DNA of 61,566 bases, counting the filler, from Globobulimina sp. (taxonomy: Eukaryota), in NCBI GenBank assembly GCA_003354225.1. It is 15 parts of 15 records of this genome, joined end to end, with 100 filler letters (N's around TTAATTAATTAA, not from the genome) between each part and the next. Parts side by side here need not be neighbours in the genome. Positions count along the whole stretch, not along the records: positions 53,451 to 57,458 come from PIVH01001750.1; positions 57,559 to 61,566 come from PIVH01001751.1; 13 more parts are not named here. The stretch is one strand, 5' to 3'. Below, piece by piece: positions 57,295-61,566 of this stretch. The translations under genes were made by a program, and so were the position numbers. Below the pieces are notes generated by a model. The model was not told the DNA's origin. It was given only the letters and a program-made list of their open reading frames with translations, and ran no database searches. Numbering within the stretch: position 1 is the first letter of the stretch; the number at the start of each line of letters is the position of its first letter.

Positions 57295-57558
57295 TTTATT
57301 GTTGATATATATATGTAATTATGTTTATAGCTGACACGTAGATTTTTTTTTGTGATCAAGTTTATTTTTTTGCGGTATTGTAGTATTTATCCGGTTTTTT
57401 TTTCCCACCTTTTTTTTTTGTTTTTTTTTGTATTTTTTTTTTTTTTTGGTATATTTGTNNNNNNNNNNNNNNNNNNNNNNNNNNNNNNNNNNNNNNNNNN
57501 NNTTAATTAATTAANNNNNNNNNNNNNNNNNNNNNNNNNNNNNNNNNNNNNNNNNNNN

Positions 57559-58668
57559 TTACAATCAATGTTAGATATTGGTGGTATTATAGCTGATGTC
57601 ATTTTATTCCATCCGTACGATGACGGACATTGGGGCTTTGATTGTATGGGGTGTCCATATCCGACATATGACCAATGCCATTCGCAAATAAATACATATA
57701 ACATAAGTAATGATTTATTTTATTTGCAATATGTTATTGCCAGAATCGCGTCATACAGACATGTGTGGTACTCGATGGCCAACGAATTTGATAAAATTAG
57801 ATGTAAATCGAAAGGGTTTCATGATTCAAAAGCTAATTATTCCTCGTTTGTGTTCCCAGTTTGGGACAAATATTTTGAGACATTAATGTCTCAAGACCCG
57901 TATGGCAATGCATACAAAGAGAAATCTGTGCATAATGGCAACATTGTATACAACCATAGTCAGACTTGGACGACGCATTTTAGCTTGCAAGGTTACTCAA
58001 ATACTTCTTACTCTTTTTGGCAGAGACTATTCAATGTGAGTAAACCCGTAATATTGGATGAAGAAATGTATGAAGGCAATACAAGCACAGGGTTTGGTCG
58101 CTTGACTGCAGCGCAAGAAACTGATAGGTTTTGGATGGGTAATTCTAATGGGAATTTGGTGGGTCATTCAGAGTGTATGCTACCTAATTCAACGGATAAT
58201 AATGCTGTGACCACTATCATGTGGTGGAATTTAGGGAATGTATTAAGAGGCGATTCATATAAAAAAATTGCATGGTTTAGTCAGTATATGAGAAACGCAG
58301 ATATTCATCCTTTGTTTTCAGAGATGGATAATCTTTGTTATCTCAATCGATATGCAATGGATTACGGATTGAATGCTTCACATTGTGACATATCACAATT
58401 GTATAAAAAAGGCGTATTTTATTTGCTTTATTTTATTGATGGGTCCAATGGAAAAACTGTTACGGTTAATGTTGGCAACAGTGATTTGTATCAATTATCG
58501 TATATTGATTATAATGGAACAAATATAGTTGCATTGCAAAATGTATCTGGCCCAAATATTACTTTAATTGCAACACAGTTACCGTACAATTTACAACTCG
58601 TAAACACAAAATCAAAATATTATCATTATCAAAATCGTAATGTTGGTGGGAAATTTAACTTCGTTTAA
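57559..58668 (+). CDS. DUF5060/DUF4038-type putative glycoside hydrolase, 5' truncated
   Basis: ADVILFHPYD..WGFD, YVIARIASYRHVWYSMANEFD, SVHNG and KPVILDEEMYEGN. Confidence 0.8.
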   Translation, partial: LQSMLDIGGIIADVILFHPYDDGHWGFDCMGCPYPTYDQCHSQINTYNISNDLFYLQYVIARIASYRHVWYSMANEFDKIRCKSKGFHDSKANYSSFVFPVWDKYFETLMSQDPYGNAYKEKSVHNGNIVYNHSQTWTTHFSLQGYSNTSYSFWQRLFNVSKPVILDEEMYEGNTSTGFGRLTAAQETDRFWMGNSNGNLVGHSECMLPNSTDNNAVTTIMWWNLGNVLRGDSYKKIAWFSQYMRNADIHPLFSEMDNLCYLNRYAMDYGLNASHCDISQLYKKGVFYLLYFIDGSNGKTVTVNVGNSDLYQLSYIDYNGTNIVALQNVSGPNITLIATQLPYNLQLVNTKSKYYHYQNRNVGGKFNFV

Positions 58669-58837
58669 GCTGTGTCGTTTAATTTGTTTTAATATTTTGA
58701 CTCCATCAAGCACAAGTTTTTCGATATATTGTTTTGTTACAACGATGGCAACCAACACAGTAAAGGAAATAAAGAAATTATTGTACATTTTTAATGTTAT
58801 CAACAATAGGAAGCACAATTGCGATTTCATTGTCTTT

Positions 58838-60709
58838 CTAAGGTTGGTAACAATCTCTGTAACGGCGAAACGGGAATACTATTCGATGACAAAGAATCCG
58901 ATGTCCACCATACTTCCAATCTTTTTTTTGATGATTTGAACAACAGTAATACACCAATCTGCATCCAGAACATAGTTTTATTTCCATTCCTTCATTGTTT
59001 TCCCGTTTGCATTCATTGTATCCACAACCAATCCCTTTAAAATTCCATTTTAATCTTTTCCGTTGCTTCACAAAAAGGGAAATAATCTCTTCATCAAACA
59101 TTCCAAAAAACTCAAACAACTCAAGAATCACCAAATTATACAACTTATTTAATGACACTGACACACAACCTATGGATTTGCGGATTTGTATAAACCGAAC
59201 TATATCAGCACATAATTCGTAACGTGTATTGTTATGTTTCTCCCATCGAATCAATTTGGGCCAATTGTCCATTTCACAGCGGATTCGAGTCATATCCATT
59301 ACGTTACAATACAAAGCCGGATTACTTTGTATCAGAGGTAAATGCTCACTGAATAATTGTTCAAATTGCTTGATTCTTCCAAATTTCATGATAATTATAA
59401 TTAACTCAAACCTCTGTCGCGTGTTACACTGATATTTAATTATTGTGTTCATCAATGTGCCATTTTCATATCGTAATAATAAATCAATACATTTCGTCCT
59501 TTGACTACTATTTGACGAAGACACATAGCTCAAAAGTTGTTGCATTCTATATTTAACACCATCTGCAATCTCCTCTGGTGTTTTGCAACAATAATCCTCG
59601 ACATATCGATCCAATTCGCATTCTTCATGTTTGCATTCTTGTGCAGTGCTGCTAGCCGTTGTTGACAGTCTGTCTTGATCGTTAAATACAGCTTTTGTAG
59701 CCTTGAGTAAAGATAAATAATCTGAACTCAAAAACTTTGTGTAGAGAAATGACTCTCTTTCAAAATTCATGGCACTACAATATCTACAAAAGGTATCCAA
59801 GAATTGAACGCATGATGTCTGCATAGAATGTAATATGACCTTTAAATGACATTTTAATGGACAATCAACAGTAAGCAATAAATATTGATGGGTTAATTGT
59901 GGTAAGTTTGTCTTAATAATATGTTGTGTATATAATTGTTTATATAAATCTTTTTTCCGACACAGACTTATATTACAATTAAGATTAGCCATAAAATTGA
60001 TAAAAGCACTAACGACCGAGCCTATTGGCAGCAAAATATGACATTCACAATCATGTTTTCTAAAATGTGTTGAATGATTATTTCTAAAATGTTTGTTGAA
60101 TGAACGCAGGTTTCTTCGTGATATCTTTGTCCATAAATCAATAAATAAATACAATTCAACTTCAAAATCTTTCAAATATCGATATATTTTAACTTGTCGC
60201 TGGGAAAAAAGAAAAGCAATGAAATGCATCAGCTCTTTAACACCATTATCATAAAATGAATATTTCTTTTTGCTACGGCCATGTAACAAATCAATAACTT
60301 TTTGAAGAATTAATTTAAAGCCATTTAGTTTAAATATAATTGAAATAGATTTTGTGGGGCTTTTCACAAACAGATGCAATAAAGATGCTAATTTTTCAAG
60401 GACTAATTTTGAATGTGAGTGTTTTAACGATATTAGTATATGATTCGTTAGATTCTGTCCTGGAATCCATTCAATGTCATTTGTATTGAATAAATAAATT
60501 ATTAAACGAAAGCATTTTATGGCTTGCAATTGATTTTGAACGTTGGAAAAAAGCAGATTGTTCAAAATTGTGGGAATAAATGATTGGCCATGGACAATTG
60601 TGGGGTTATTATTCTTTGATAATTTATTAATGATCAATGATAAGGCATGGCCTGATTTTCTGACGTTCTGTGGACTGATAGAATTTGCATAAAACTCCAA
60701 TTGTTTCAT
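58838..60709 (-). CDS. Helical-repeat protein with C-terminal MYND zinc finger
   Basis: CGYNEC...KLCSGCRLVYYCCSNHQKKDWK..H..LC. Confidence 0.88.
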   Translation of the reverse strand: MKQLEFYANSISPQNVRKSGHALSLIINKLSKNNNPTIVHGQSFIPTILNNLLFSNVQNQLQAIKCFRLIIYLFNTNDIEWIPGQNLTNHILISLKHSHSKLVLEKLASLLHLFVKSPTKSISIIFKLNGFKLILQKVIDLLHGRSKKKYSFYDNGVKELMHFIAFLFSQRQVKIYRYLKDFEVELYLFIDLWTKISRRNLRSFNKHFRNNHSTHFRKHDCECHILLPIGSVVSAFINFMANLNCNISLCRKKDLYKQLYTQHIIKTNLPQLTHQYLLLTVDCPLKCHLKVILHSMQTSCVQFLDTFCRYCSAMNFERESFLYTKFLSSDYLSLLKATKAVFNDQDRLSTTASSTAQECKHEECELDRYVEDYCCKTPEEIADGVKYRMQQLLSYVSSSNSSQRTKCIDLLLRYENGTLMNTIIKYQCNTRQRFELIIIIMKFGRIKQFEQLFSEHLPLIQSNPALYCNVMDMTRIRCEMDNWPKLIRWEKHNNTRYELCADIVRFIQIRKSIGCVSVSLNKLYNLVILELFEFFGMFDEEIISLFVKQRKRLKWNFKGIGCGYNECKRENNEGMEIKLCSGCRLVYYCCSNHQKKDWKYGGHRILCHRIVFPFRRYRDCYQP

Positions 60710-60869
60710 TGGAAGCGCTTCAAACTAAAATACGACAGAATGATCATACTACGCTGAGTTTTTTGATCAAAAACATTTACAGTGTACATTATGCTCATTA
60801 ATTATATTGATTGTATCAAATGTATGCTGTTGGTACTCCTTCATCAATCATTTTATGTTGATTTTGATT

Positions 60870-61170
60870 GACTAATTCGGTCTTTTTATCCTCAAATAAC
60901 TTGATTCCCCATCCTTTAATATCCAAAATATTGACTTGTTTTAAATGAATCCCTTAATACCTTCTTCCAACAATGCTTGTTCCAAAATATTTTGATATTT
61001 TAAATACCGGCCATCCTCTAAAGATAAAATCCATTCTGCAATCTTTGAATGGTCCCATTCCTCATATTTTGTACAATCAATACATTGCAATCTCAACTCT
61101 CTCACTTCTCTCCTCAACGAATTATTATCTAACTCCAATTCCTTGTTATCATCCAATAGCTTCCCATTTA
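60870..61170 (-). pseudogene. Degenerate SAM-domain gene fragment
   Basis: YEEWDHSKIAEWILSLEDGRYLKY...EEGIKG, then a stop/frameshift, with a GIKLFEDK-like continuation out of frame. Confidence 0.55.
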
Positions 61171-61566
61171 ATGTCTAAATATTTCATTCACAAAAAATGC
61201 GCAAACAAATAAGTAAATAGTATAAGTATACATATTTACTTTCAAATCCATCACAATTTTTCTTGTGGAATCTCGTTCATTTCTTAATGATTCAATCACT
61301 TTTTCCATTGAAATAATACGCGCTGTTTTAGATAAATTGTCCTTTATTTATTTTGTGAATTAGAAAGTGAGAAAAAACAAAAAAAATATAAATATTATGT
61401 ATTTCAAACATCTTTAAATTCATTCATTTGTTGCGATATTGATTCAATTTCTCTCTTTAATGATATTACTGTTTGTTTCTGTTGTTTTTGTTTAGCAACA
61501 AATGAATATATAAACGACAACAAACAAAATATAAAAGTAATCCATTTTGTTCTTTTAAACTGTTCA

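Noticed and set aside
1-61566. Alternative genetic code or stop-codon readthrough explaining split ORFs
   Set aside because: Splits in conserved genes are resolved by canonical GT-AG introns, and TAA, TAG and TGA all terminate conserved proteins at expected positions.

Overview
This window is not one locus. It is 15 unrelated contigs of about 4.0 kb (4015 down to 4008 bp, sorted by length), joined by artificial 100-bp spacers (44 N + TTAATTAATTAA + 44 N). Most of the sequence is from an AT-rich, gene-dense eukaryote with short GT-AG introns. Recognisable genes include U6 snRNA, RPB8, meckelin/TMEM67, a p24/TMED, an ABCG transporter, an AGC kinase, an EAG/HCN-like channel, a subtilisin, an arylsulfatase and a PPR-Smr protein. 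The expanded PT-repeat, Cys-rich, SAM and MYND families suggest a foraminiferan (Rhizaria); this is an inference. Several contigs look like mosaics, including a bacterial EAL/response-regulator fragment fused in frame to a eukaryote-type gene, as expected from whole-genome amplification. The best candidate for an undescribed system is on contig 3 (8231-12243). There an intact Kolobok/Phantom-type DDE transposase lies co-oriented, about 260 bp downstream of a TV-Pol (PolA-related transposon/virus polymerase) gene. No terminal repeat is visible between them, and a candidate TTAA|GA element end lies downstream, so this may be a polymerase-carrying DNA transposon. Other notable items are a P-loop kinase-ASCH fusion, a vWA domain with inserted RanBP2 zinc fingers, a symmetric 4-Cys secreted peptide, a foldback MITE, and a 58-bp satellite with a second dispersed copy. 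All family calls come from motif recognition by eye; no searches were run.
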